From Candidatus Methanoperedens sp. (GTDB taxonomy: Archaea; Halobacteriota; Methanosarcinia; Methanosarcinales; Methanoperedenaceae), in NCBI GenBank assembly GCA_041494705.1, contig JBGQBI010000002.1:1-32000 (forward strand): a DNA stretch of 32,000 nucleotides, written 5' to 3'. The first letter of the stretch is position 1; each line of letters begins with the position of its first letter. The notes beneath the pieces were generated by a model, which did not search any database, had not been told where the DNA came from, and was given only the letters and a program-made list of their open reading frames with translations. Of the stretch, positions 1 to 9,179 are shown piece after piece. Both the position numbers and the translations under genes were made by a program.

Positions 1-711
1 ACGCTAAAGTTTAAAAATACAGGCACAGGCACAGTACAGAACGCCGTAGCTGAAATAGACCTTACCGGCACCGGGGGAAGCAGCAAATCATCCTTTTCAA
101 TTCTTGGCGCAGGAACGCAATTTTCTCTCGGTAACCTGAAGGCGGGAGATGAGGCCGAGATTACATTTGATCTGGCTGTAGACATTACCGCAACTCCGGG
201 TGTATACAATCTGCCTTTAAAAATTACAGGACTGGGCAATTACTCATCCAATAATTATGTCGGACTGGTTGTTGCAGGAACAACAAATTTTGAGATAAGT
301 TACCAGGAGACTCTGGGCTCTTTTTCGCTCAATGTCCTCAATATAGGAGTAAATCCTGCCAATTCGGTGACGGTCAGCCTGCCACGTCAAAAAAACTTTT
401 CTACGACGGGAAGCAGTTCTGCGGTTCTGGGTAATTTAAATTCCGGCGATTACACATCTGCCATATTCCAGATTGCAAAAATAGCGGGCGCTGGCAACAG
501 TCTTGAAGTCGATATACAATATACCGACACAAGCGGACAGAGACACACCATCACAAAGTTTCTTCCAGTAGATTTATCCACGGCTGGGGCACAAACCAAG
601 TCTGCAAGTACAAATTATACAACATGGTTGCTGGCAGCTATTGTTATACTGGTAATATACTGGCAGAGAAGTAAAATATCCACCTATTTCCAGAAACAGA
701 AAGGGAGGTAA
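1..711 (+). CDS. Cell-surface (S-layer-domain/CARDB-like) protein, C-terminal fragment with a C-terminal membrane anchor; the 5' end lies outside the window
   Basis: Frame 1 is open from base 1 to the stop at 709-711. The translation (TLKFKNTGTGTVQNAVAEIDL...PGVYNLPLKITG...) looks like repeated beta-sandwich surface modules. It ends in a hydrophobic helix (WLLAAIVILVIYW) and a basic tail. It sits directly upstream of a MacB-type permease, a common archaeal arrangement. Confidence 0.6.
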   Translation, partial: TLKFKNTGTGTVQNAVAEIDLTGTGGSSKSSFSILGAGTQFSLGNLKAGDEAEITFDLAVDITATPGVYNLPLKITGLGNYSSNNYVGLVVAGTTNFEISYQETLGSFSLNVLNIGVNPANSVTVSLPRQKNFSTTGSSSAVLGNLNSGDYTSAIFQIAKIAGAGNSLEVDIQYTDTSGQRHTITKFLPVDLSTAGAQTKSASTNYTTWLLAAIVILVIYWQRSKISTYFQKQKGR

Positions 712-731
712 AGACACCGTACAAGACTAAT

Positions 732-1985
732 ATGAAGATTTTTGATATTTTCAGGTTATCCCTGAGCCACGTTAAAAAAAGCAAAATGCGAAGCTGGCTC
801 ACTATTATCGGCATTGTAATAGGAGTGGCTGCTGTCGTAGCTATAATCTCCATAGGACAGGGGATGCAAGCGAGTGTCCAGGCTCGCCTGGGCAGCCTTG
901 GAGCCGATTTGATTACGGTCACCCCCGGTTTTTCACGGGCATCAGGCGGCGGTTTTGAAGGGGGAAGAGGGGGTGGCGGTGCTACTATTAACCTCACGGA
1001 TAAAGACGCAAACGCGATTAAGCAGTTGCCGGGAGTGTTATATGTAAACGGCATGGTTTCAGGCAGTTCGGATATAAGACTGGGTACAGAGAAGACCTCC
1101 GTGTCCATAACCGGTGTCGATACCGCAGTCTGGCGCTCCATGGTCACAACGCAGCTTGAAACGGGCAGGTATCTTCAGCCGGGCGATTCGAATGCTGTAG
1201 TTATAGGCAACTCTTTAGCTCATACTACTTTTTTACAGCCGATTACCCTGAATAGACCGATTATAATAGGAGGCAAGAGTTTCAAGGTCGTGGGAATCCT
1301 TGTTTCATCGGGAGGGGGTTTTGGAGGAGGGGGTGGTGATAATGCAGTATACATGTCCGCAGATTACGCCCGGGAGGTTATAACTACAAATGTATCCAGA
1401 AACACATTTACTTCAATCATGGTAAAGATAGCCGACCCAACGCTGGCGGACCAGATAACCCAGGATATTATAAACAAACTTATGCCTGAGAGGCACGTCA
1501 ATCCAAGAACAAGGGATTTTACAGTCACGGCATTTGCAACAATACAGCAGCAGATTACCAGCGTCGTCCAGACGATATCGCTGTTCCTTGCTGCGATAGC
1601 TGCAGTTTCGCTTCTCGTGGGCGCCGTGGGCATCGCAAACACCATGTTCATGTCTGTCATGGAACGCACAAGGCAGATAGGCCTGCTCAAAGCTCTTGGC
1701 GCCACAGATAATGAAGTAATGAAACTTTTCATTATGGAATCCGGATTATTCGGATTTGTCGGGGGAGTGCTCGGGATAATTTCCGGCGTACTGATATCGG
1801 TAATAATATCCGAGGTAGGCCTCAGGGCAATTGGAGCGGGCGGGACGATGAACGCAGTTGTCACGCCCCAGCTTCTTATCTTTGCACTTGCATTCTCTAT
1901 ATTCGTGGGTGTAATCTCAGGCGTCGCTCCTGCAAGATCAGCAGCAAAGATGAACCCGGTGGACGCATTGCGGTTTGAACAATAA
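732..1985 (+). CDS. ABC transporter permease, MacB/FtsX family
   Basis: 417 aa. It has an N-terminal TM helix (WLTIIGIVIGVAAVVAIISIG), a large extracytoplasmic domain and a C-terminal FtsX-type 3-TM bundle (ISLFLAAIAAVSLLVGAVGIANTM...MERTRQIGLLKALGA). It ends NPVDALRFE, typical of this family. Confidence 0.85.
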   Translation: MKIFDIFRLSLSHVKKSKMRSWLTIIGIVIGVAAVVAIISIGQGMQASVQARLGSLGADLITVTPGFSRASGGGFEGGRGGGGATINLTDKDANAIKQLPGVLYVNGMVSGSSDIRLGTEKTSVSITGVDTAVWRSMVTTQLETGRYLQPGDSNAVVIGNSLAHTTFLQPITLNRPIIIGGKSFKVVGILVSSGGGFGGGGGDNAVYMSADYAREVITTNVSRNTFTSIMVKIADPTLADQITQDIINKLMPERHVNPRTRDFTVTAFATIQQQITSVVQTISLFLAAIAAVSLLVGAVGIANTMFMSVMERTRQIGLLKALGATDNEVMKLFIMESGLFGFVGGVLGIISGVLISVIISEVGLRAIGAGGTMNAVVTPQLLIFALAFSIFVGVISGVAPARSAAKMNPVDALRFEQ

Positions 1986-2064
1986 GAAACAGGTTTCACC
2001 AAATCCTGTTTCTTGCAATTGTTCAAGGAATATTTTATCTGCTTTATCCTCATAAAAGGATTTA

Positions 2065-3036
2065 ATGGATTTATTATCTCATGCCCTGCTCCCCTTTTTG
2101 CTCGGGAATTTCTTCAAGCGAAGAAAGGATGAGATTGCCGCGCTTACCATAGGAGGAATCGCGCCGGACTTTGATATATCCCTTCTCTGGATTAACTTCG
2201 TTTATCCCAATTTCTTCCTTTTAACCCACCGCGGCATAACCCATTCCCTTTTTTTCGGGTTTTTCACATGTGTTCTTATACTATATCTTGCAACGCGAAG
2301 CCGCGTGAAAAACATAGTTAAACGTTATATCGATTTTGAGCCTGTGTTCTCGCGCCGTACTATACTATTTGCTTTTGCAGGCGTGATAATACATTTAATT
2401 CTTGACTATTCGACAACCCGGGGAGTCCCGCTTCTTTATCCGTTTGACGTATCAAGATTCTCTGCCGAGGTATTTTTCTATACCGACACATATCTCATGA
2501 TACTGGCGCTGGTTATGGTAATATGGTTATACAGGAAGCCTTTGCAAAAAAATACCGCAGTGAAGTTTTTAGTAATTTATCTTATCGTTTTCGCAGGGCT
2601 TGGAACTGCAAGGCTTACCGAAAAAATCAGCGCCGAGCAGTTTTTCCATGACACCGGAATAAAAGCCTATCCCACCATGAGTATTTTTGACTGGTATGCA
2701 CTTGGGATAGATAACAACGAAATAAAGATATACGAATACAATGGGTTTAACAGGACTTCGGTTTATAATGATACAGTTCCTGCCCTTGATGTATTATCGC
2801 CGGGCGAAGGACTTGATTCCGCTCTTGGCGCGGCTGGGGAACTTCCTCAGATAAAGATGTTCGAGTGGAGAGCGTATGCGGTTGCAGTCAACGCCACTTC
2901 CACTGACGGTATATGGTTTCTGGAATACTATGACCCGCTTGGGAAAGCGATGGCAAGGGGCGCTCCTGCTTTTTTGATGAGAATCAATAAGCCTATCATG
3001 GTCAAGGTTGAAGCGGGAAAGGCTGTTGTATTATAA
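2065..3036 (+). CDS. Membrane-bound metal-dependent hydrolase (YdjM/DUF457-like) with an extra C-terminal soluble domain
   Basis: 323 aa. The N-terminus MDLLSHALLPFLLG...GGIAPDFD...HRGITHS carries the His/Asp pattern of DUF457 membrane hydrolases. There are several TM helices, then a roughly 140-aa non-membrane tail. Confidence 0.6.
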   Translation: MDLLSHALLPFLLGNFFKRRKDEIAALTIGGIAPDFDISLLWINFVYPNFFLLTHRGITHSLFFGFFTCVLILYLATRSRVKNIVKRYIDFEPVFSRRTILFAFAGVIIHLILDYSTTRGVPLLYPFDVSRFSAEVFFYTDTYLMILALVMVIWLYRKPLQKNTAVKFLVIYLIVFAGLGTARLTEKISAEQFFHDTGIKAYPTMSIFDWYALGIDNNEIKIYEYNGFNRTSVYNDTVPALDVLSPGEGLDSALGAAGELPQIKMFEWRAYAVAVNATSTDGIWFLEYYDPLGKAMARGAPAFLMRINKPIMVKVEAGKAVVL

Positions 3037-3113
3037 ATAGAAAAAAGAAGAATAAATACTATCTGTTAATCTGGAATATATTGACCGGATAGGACTGTTA
3101 ATCGGGATAAATC

Positions 3114-5651
3114 ATGGAAAAAGCATTCGACCCGGAAAGTATCACCGGGCTTTCAGAAGACGACGCTGCCAGGAAACTCAAAGAAGAAGGTTATAACGAG
3201 CTTCCGTCCCAAAAAAAGCAGGGCATGTTTTCCATACTATTGAATGTTTTACTTGAGCCGATGCTGCTTTTGCTTTTAGGTTCAGGTTTGATATATTTGT
3301 TACTGGGGGAAGTAAAAGATGCTTTAATGCTGCTCCTGTTCGTGTTTGTGGTTTTCGGGATAACATTTTACCAGGAGAGAAAGGCAGAGCGGGCTTTAGA
3401 GGCTTTAAGGAACCTGTCAAGCCCGCGAGCGCTTGTGATAAGGGACGGAAAGCAAAAGAGAATTTCAGGGCGGGAGGTCGTCATGAGCGACATTCTTGTC
3501 CTGAGGGAAGGAGACCGCGTCCCTGCCGACGCTGTATTGCATTTTTGCACCAATTTCATGGTCGATGAGTCCATGCTTACAGGTGAATCCATAGCTGTAA
3601 GGAAGTGCGAATGGGACGGCAAAACCCGGTACATGCAGCCCGGCGGGGAAGATTTGCCCTTTGTATTTTCCGGGACGCTGGTAATACAGGGGCACGGGAT
3701 AGCGGAAGTCACGGCAACAGGGATACATACCGAGATGGGTAAAATCGGCAGGGCTTTGCAGGCCATTAACCGGGAAGAGACTTTACTTAAGAAAGAAACA
3801 AAGCTCGTGGTACGCAATTTCGCGATTGGAGGGCTGATACTCTGTACTTTCGTCGTGATAATCTACGGATTGACGAGGGGCGATTGGTTAAAGGGATTAC
3901 TTGCCGGGCTCAGTTTGGGTATGGCGTTGATCCCGGAAGAGTTTTCAGTGGTTTTGCTGATATTCCTGAGCCTCGGGGCGTGGAGGATGTCAAAAAGGCA
4001 GGTTCTGACGCGGCGCATGCCCGCTATCGAAACGCTTGGCTCGGCGACCGTTTTATGTGTCGATAAAACCGGCACCCTGACAATGAACAGGATGATTCTA
4101 AGTTCCATGTATTGCCGGGGTGAATACTACGATACTGTGAAAAACGGGGACAAGCCGCTTCCTGAAAAATTCCATGAATTGCTTGAGTTCGGATACCTGG
4201 CAAGCCAGAAGGACCCGTTTGACCCGATTGAGAAAGAGATAAAAAAAGGCACCGAACAATTTCTTTCACACACAGAACACGTACACCAGAACTGGAAACT
4301 TATCCTGGAGTACCCGCTCTCCAAAAACCTGCTGGCACTGTCAAACGTATGGGAATCATACGACAGGCGAAAGCATGTCATCGCAGCCAAAGGCGCTCCC
4401 GAGGCAATAGCGGATTTATGCCACATGGATGGGGTGAAAAAGAAAGAGCTGCTATCCCATGTACAGAGGATGGCTGACAGCGGATTGAGGGTTCTTGGAG
4501 TTGCAAAATCAAGTTTCCAGAAGGATTCCCTGCCCGAAATACAGCACGATTTCGAGTTTGAATTTATCGGATTGTTTGGCTTTGTAGACCCCGTCCGGCC
4601 CGGTGTAAGGGAGGCGGTCGCAGAATGTTATTCTGCAGGGATAAGGGTTATTATGGTCACGGGGGATTATCCGGGCACTGCCAGGCACATAGCGCGGGAA
4701 ATCGGTTTAATAGACCCTGATAAATATATAACAGGCGCTGAGCTTGCAGGAATGGGCGGGAGAGAGCTAGCGGAGAAAATCAAGACCACAAATATTTTTG
4801 CCCGCGTCGTGCCTGAACAAAAACTGGCTATCGTAAATGCCCTGAAATCCAACGATGAGGTCGTTGCGATGACAGGCGATGGGGTTAATGATGCTCCGGC
4901 ATTGAAATCAGCCCACATAGGTATTGCAATGGGCGAGCGGGGCACGGATGTCGCGAGGGAATCGTCAGCTATTGTCCTTCTGGATGATAATTTTTCGTCC
5001 ATTGTTTCAGCGGTCAGGCTTGGCAGGAGGATTTTTGATAATCTTAAGAAAGCTGTTTCCTACATATTTTCAGTTCATATACCGATAGCCGGGATGGCGC
5101 TCTTTCCCATATTATTCAAATTGCCCCAGGTGCTTTTGCCTGCTCATATCGCATTTCTTGAACTGATAATTGACCCGGCATGTTCAACTGTATTTGAGGC
5201 TGAACCCGAGGAGAAAAACATCATGGAAAGACCGCCCCGGAATTTGAAAGAAAAGTTATTCGGGAAAAAAAGCCTGATGGGCAGCCTGTTTCAGGGAATA
5301 AGCGTCCTTGTGGTTGTAATTCTCGTTTTTCTTCTTGCATTGTATCTGGGCAAGGGAGAACTGGAAGCCCGCACCCTTACATTCACTACGCTTGTTATCG
5401 CAAATCTTACCCTGATAGTGGCTAACCTCTCATGGTCAGGGGATATAATCAAGACAAATTATTCGGAAAACAAGGCATTATGGCTGGTAATAGGAGGAGC
5501 GCTCTTGATTCTCGTCCTGGTTCTTTACGTGCCTGCCTTGAGAGACCTGTTCCATTTTTCGGCGCTGCATCTTGAAGACCTGCTTATCGTGTTCGCTGCG
5601 GGAATTTTAAGTGTGGTGTGGTTCAAGCTGCTGAATGTCCGATTGGAGTAA
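3114..5651 (+). CDS. P-type cation-transporting ATPase (P2-type, Ca2+/cation pump-like)
   Basis: 845 aa. It has the Cation_ATPase_N-like start (LSEDDAARKLKEEGYNELP), TGES, the phosphorylation motif CVDKTGTLT, the hinge motif MTGDGVNDAPALK and 10 predicted TM segments. Confidence 0.9.
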   Translation: MEKAFDPESITGLSEDDAARKLKEEGYNELPSQKKQGMFSILLNVLLEPMLLLLLGSGLIYLLLGEVKDALMLLLFVFVVFGITFYQERKAERALEALRNLSSPRALVIRDGKQKRISGREVVMSDILVLREGDRVPADAVLHFCTNFMVDESMLTGESIAVRKCEWDGKTRYMQPGGEDLPFVFSGTLVIQGHGIAEVTATGIHTEMGKIGRALQAINREETLLKKETKLVVRNFAIGGLILCTFVVIIYGLTRGDWLKGLLAGLSLGMALIPEEFSVVLLIFLSLGAWRMSKRQVLTRRMPAIETLGSATVLCVDKTGTLTMNRMILSSMYCRGEYYDTVKNGDKPLPEKFHELLEFGYLASQKDPFDPIEKEIKKGTEQFLSHTEHVHQNWKLILEYPLSKNLLALSNVWESYDRRKHVIAAKGAPEAIADLCHMDGVKKKELLSHVQRMADSGLRVLGVAKSSFQKDSLPEIQHDFEFEFIGLFGFVDPVRPGVREAVAECYSAGIRVIMVTGDYPGTARHIAREIGLIDPDKYITGAELAGMGGRELAEKIKTTNIFARVVPEQKLAIVNALKSNDEVVAMTGDGVNDAPALKSAHIGIAMGERGTDVARESSAIVLLDDNFSSIVSAVRLGRRIFDNLKKAVSYIFSVHIPIAGMALFPILFKLPQVLLPAHIAFLELIIDPACSTVFEAEPEEKNIMERPPRNLKEKLFGKKSLMGSLFQGISVLVVVILVFLLALYLGKGELEARTLTFTTLVIANLTLIVANLSWSGDIIKTNYSENKALWLVIGGALLILVLVLYVPALRDLFHFSALHLEDLLIVFAAGILSVVWFKLLNVRLE

Positions 5652-5854
5652 TGATTGAGGTGATAGTTAGATTTGCGCTCTCAGCGCTACCACCATTTTC
5701 GAAAAACCTGTAGGCATCGGTGGATGCCCATGGATTTGCATTTCTTAAGCTTCATGATTTTTTCATGTTTTTATTCAGGCCAAGTATCAATCTTAAAATG
5801 GATAATCGAGGCGCAAAAATACTAAAAGAGGAGTAAATTGCAAATAATTCAGAG

Positions 5855-6649
5855 TTAAGCGTTAGTTTTTTCGAATTTTTCAATATGCTCTTCCGACATT
5901 TTTCTAGCAAAAGTTTGAATTGCATTTTTATATCTATAAAAATCTTTTTCACTAACATTTATTTGTTTTGCATAAATGTATCGTTTCTTTTTTATTATTT
6001 TTTCGAGTTCATGACTAACTAATCCGTTATTGTGTATTAAACAATTTCTTACTAAATTTAATTCGATTACATCGTTTTGAATGTCGATCTTAAATCCTAG
6101 ATTGTTTTGAAAATATTTTATCCAATCCTCGACAGAACCATACATCAAATCTCTTACCTTTGCTTCTTTTAACCTTTCTAAAGTATTACCTGTTTTAAGA
6201 GCATCAATCAATTCTTCATCTTTCAAAGTCGACTTTGTTGATTTCAAAGTATCCATATTATTTTCAAATATATTTCTAAGTAGATCACTAACAAATCCCT
6301 CAAATACTAGCATTAAGGAAATTACCGCTTGTTCTCTTGCTAGAGCGGGAATTCTTTTAATCGTTATTAATCCAGATCTAACTACATTTCGAAGAAAAGA
6401 CAACTCCTTAGAATTAAAATTTATTTTAATCAGTTCCTGCTTCTTGATATTGTCAATAGCTTCTATTTCTTTCACTATCTTTGTAAATTCTTCATGAGAT
6501 AATTTTTTTTGTGCAAATTTCGATCCAAGTTTAGCGAGTAACCGAACGACACGAGCTTCTTTATGAGAAGCACCATAGACAGCCGAACTATAAACTTCAT
6601 CGATTGATTTTAAGTTATTCAATAAATTTGATAATAATTTTTTTGTCAT
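5855..6649 (-). CDS. HEPN-motif protein (predicted RNase-type toxin/abortive-infection-like), all-alpha, orphan
   Basis: 264 aa ORF in a markedly AT-rich islet (about 5750-6770). It carries the canonical HEPN Rx4H motif with a polar residue after Arg: LVRNCLIHNNG (R201 codon 6047-6049, H206 codon 6032-6034). The rest of the sequence looks helical. I recognise no other domain. Confidence 0.55.
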   Translation of the reverse strand: MTKKLLSNLLNNLKSIDEVYSSAVYGASHKEARVVRLLAKLGSKFAQKKLSHEEFTKIVKEIEAIDNIKKQELIKINFNSKELSFLRNVVRSGLITIKRIPALAREQAVISLMLVFEGFVSDLLRNIFENNMDTLKSTKSTLKDEELIDALKTGNTLERLKEAKVRDLMYGSVEDWIKYFQNNLGFKIDIQNDVIELNLVRNCLIHNNGLVSHELEKIIKKKRYIYAKQINVSEKDFYRYKNAIQTFARKMSEEHIEKFEKTNA

Positions 6650-6790
6650 TTTTACATTTTAACTTATGATTGATCTCAGCTTAGCATCTAATAACTAACT
6701 TTCTTTGCATATATAATATTTTGTAGAGTCTACAAATAAAAGAACATCGTCCCGAGCCCTAGACTCCAATATTTTGTTCGATTATATAGC

Positions 6791-7807
6791 TCACCCAGCA
6801 CTTTTTCTCTTAACCTTCTCGACTTCCTTCAATATCGTGTCAATCCCGCCCTTCACAATCGTCTCGAACTTCTCACCGCGCATGCTCGCCCTGTTCAGCG
6901 TCTCGCCCAGCTCCAGAGGAAGCGCAATATCAACCCAGTTATCCCTTACCCTGTGAAGCAAAGGCTTTTCCAGTATCTCTTTCGCTTTTTCATCGACCTT
7001 CGATGCTGTTTCATTATCCTTGAATTTAACAGGCACATGCAGCGTCAGTGAGGTAATTTTACCATCTTTTTCTTTCGGCGTGTACAGCCGTACAATCTCA
7101 CTCCCGAACCGCCCGAAGAACTGGTCTGTCCCTTTACCGAATCCTATTTTTTCAATCGCAGCGACAGCCCCGGCTGGAATGTCGTCCATGATGCAGCCGC
7201 AAAGAGCGCTTGTAATCTCCTTTTCTTCAGTGCTTTCCGCAAGGCGGATAAAATCATCAAGCGGGAAGCCCATTACTATTTCATCATCCCTGTACCCGGA
7301 AAACATCCGCGCGCCGTTGCAGAGAAGGGACAGGTTCACCTTTTTCTCCATGAAAGGTATGGCGGTACACTCTCCGCATACTGCAAACTCTCCCTTGAAC
7401 TTAACTTCAACCAACTGTTTTTCATGCAATTGCGAAAGGATTGTGGATACGCGCATTATTTTGCGTGGCGTACCGATGACGACAACAACATCAGGTTTTT
7501 TATCTGTTTTTTCAAGCGGGGAAACGCTCACTAATTTTGTGTTCGCAGGTTTTATACGCGGATAGACTTCCCCGTAGCTCGGTTCTGTAAACCCGAGCGC
7601 AAGTTCTGCGCTTGTGCATGTGAGTTCTTCAACGCCAAAAATGAAACTCTCGCCATATACCGCGCTTCGTCTCACCATTTCACAAAACCTCATGGGAGCG
7701 GTGCTGGTTTTTTGTTCATTGCCATCACTTATTATCCTGACTGCAACAGGCGATGACGGAAGTTCAAAAAATTTCCTGAATTTCATCGATAATTCTGCAT
7801 ATTCCAT
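6791..7807 (-). CDS. DUF169 (ArCR, COG2043) family protein with a roughly 100-aa C-terminal extension
   Basis: I take the internal ATG at 7807 (MEYAELSMKFRKFFELPSSPVAVRII...) as the start. It lies 2 nt after the SepCysS stop, whereas the longer ORF (to 7885) would overlap SepCysS by 76 nt. The N-terminal 230 aa resemble DUF169 proteins. The tail (DGKITSLTLHVPVKF...KVKRKSAG) is additional. Confidence 0.6.
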   Translation of the reverse strand: MEYAELSMKFRKFFELPSSPVAVRIISDGNEQKTSTAPMRFCEMVRRSAVYGESFIFGVEELTCTSAELALGFTEPSYGEVYPRIKPANTKLVSVSPLEKTDKKPDVVVVIGTPRKIMRVSTILSQLHEKQLVEVKFKGEFAVCGECTAIPFMEKKVNLSLLCNGARMFSGYRDDEIVMGFPLDDFIRLAESTEEKEITSALCGCIMDDIPAGAVAAIEKIGFGKGTDQFFGRFGSEIVRLYTPKEKDGKITSLTLHVPVKFKDNETASKVDEKAKEILEKPLLHRVRDNWVDIALPLELGETLNRASMRGEKFETIVKGGIDTILKEVEKVKRKSAG

Positions 7808-7809
7808 TT

Positions 7810-8997
7810 TCAATCCTCGACTTTTATTCCGTTTTCTCGTGCGATATCCTTGAAAGCTCTGGCGACATACTCTACCTGTTCCCATTTCAAGCCATAAGTA
7901 TTAATCTTGAAATTCTTGCTCATGCCTGGATGGAGCCCTACAATCTTTCTCTTTTTCAATTCGTGATAAAGGAAATAGCCCCTGCGCTTATCCTTTTCAG
8001 CTATTTCATGAAGGGGCAGGCTTTCAATATTCATAAGCGGATGCTGCTTTGGTTTAACACCCATCTGGTGGAATCCCTCGATTTTTTCAAGCTCTTTTAC
8101 AAAATACTGCGCTTTCTTTACCTCTTCATCCCAGTGCTTGACCCTTTCAACCACTGCGGGAAATGATGCCATAAGCGTTGCAACAGGCGCGCCAAATACG
8201 GGTGAGCAGCCAAAAAGCGCAACTTCCTTTTTCGTGAATCCTCGTCCGCTCCAGTCACCGCGGCATGTGGATTTATTAAAAACCTTGCCGCTCCATTCGT
8301 ATGTGGTGGCAAGTATCCCGATAGGCGCCGACGCAGCCCAGCTCTTGTGCCCCGAGCCGCACAGGAAATCAACATGGAGTTTCTTGCCGTCAATGGGCAT
8401 GATGCCTGACGAATAAGCAGTATTCAAAAGGAATGGGACGCCATATTCCTTGCAGATTTTTCCCACTTTTTCAGCATCAGCGATATTGCCATACCTGTAA
8501 TCAACATGCGTCAGCACTGCCATTGCCGGGAGTTTGCCTGTCTTTTGCTCGACTTCCTCAAATTTCCTGGCATATCCATCGATATCGATTTCAAACGTGG
8601 GATAACCATTATGCGGCACTTCAACGATATTCAATTTATTCGCTTCGGCTGCAAGATAGGATGTGTAATGCGCCAGGGCGTCCAGCACCACGGTATCGCC
8701 CGGCTCGCACACCATGTGCATGGCAGCCCATTTGGCATGCCTGCATCCGGCTGTGAACCTGACATCGTCCATGTTCAGGAACTCGGCCACATCCTGGACA
8801 AGGTCGTGTACGGGGGGCTTATCTACAAGGTCAACCCGTGCCTCGAAGCAATAATCGCATACCGAATAGCCGTCCCCGAATTCAAGAAGAGCCTTTCGCG
8901 CTTCTGCCGTCAGCACGCCGCCCCGCTGTATGGGATGTACGTTGACATAGGTATCGGAAATGCCGCGGGTGAGGTTTTTGTATTTGTTAAGTTCCAT
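7810..8997 (-). CDS. pscS: O-phospho-L-seryl-tRNA(Cys):Cys-tRNA synthase (SepCysS), PLP-dependent
   Basis: 395 aa. It closely resembles the archaeal SepCysS sequences I remember: NVHPIQRGGVLTAEARKALLEFGDGYSVCDYC, the PLP-lysine region GSGHKSWAASAPIG, and HWDEEVKKAQYF. Confidence 0.85.
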   Translation of the reverse strand: MELNKYKNLTRGISDTYVNVHPIQRGGVLTAEARKALLEFGDGYSVCDYCFEARVDLVDKPPVHDLVQDVAEFLNMDDVRFTAGCRHAKWAAMHMVCEPGDTVVLDALAHYTSYLAAEANKLNIVEVPHNGYPTFEIDIDGYARKFEEVEQKTGKLPAMAVLTHVDYRYGNIADAEKVGKICKEYGVPFLLNTAYSSGIMPIDGKKLHVDFLCGSGHKSWAASAPIGILATTYEWSGKVFNKSTCRGDWSGRGFTKKEVALFGCSPVFGAPVATLMASFPAVVERVKHWDEEVKKAQYFVKELEKIEGFHQMGVKPKQHPLMNIESLPLHEIAEKDKRRGYFLYHELKKRKIVGLHPGMSKNFKINTYGLKWEQVEYVARAFKDIARENGIKVED

Positions 8998-9118
8998 GCT
9001 TAATAATCATGCTCAAAGAGTTTATTAATTGACTTATAATTAACGGAAAAGGCAAAGACTTTCAGAATTATAGCAAGATTCTTAAATAAGCGTAATTCTA
9101 AAAACGGAAATGAATCTG

Positions 9119-9179
9119 GACAGGATTAACAGGATTGACAGGATACGATATTAAATCCAGTTAATCCTGTTATCCCGTC
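9119..9179. promoter_or_regulatory. Imperfect 61-bp inverted repeat built from six AC(A/T/G)GGAT heptads, in a divergent intergenic region
   Basis: The left arm is GACAGGATT-AACAGGATT-GACAGGATA (9119-9145). The right arm (9153-9179) reverse-complements to GACGGGAT-AACAGGATT-AACTGGATTT. It lies between the divergent SepCysS (start 8997) and HTH-CBS regulator (start 9321) genes. Confidence 0.4.

Noticed and set aside
930-1350. Two glycine runs in the permease periplasmic domain (GGGFEGGRGGGG and GGGFGGGGG) considered as a possible embedded repeat element.
   Set aside because: They are in frame within an otherwise typical MacB-type ectodomain, and the DNA is not a tandem repeat. Flexible loops are the most likely explanation, and there is no evidence of anything else.
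644-2053. Long antisense ORFs opposite the ABC permease (644-1147, 1364-2053). Similar shadow ORFs lie opposite the ATPase (3178-5002), the HMGL synthase (10315-11848), the SBP-like gene (16144-16744) and the r-protein genes (for example 25973-26515 and 30451-31011).
   Set aside because: Each lies fully inside a gene with strong family motifs on the other strand and has a low-complexity or Ser/Pro/Arg-biased translation. They are typical shadow ORFs.
6791-7885. An extended DUF169 ORF starting at 7885 (MGTGRVCRQSFQGYRTRKRNKSRGLK...).
   Set aside because: It would overlap the SepCysS 3' end by 76 nt. The ATG at 7807 gives a tight operon junction and a DUF169-like N-terminus.
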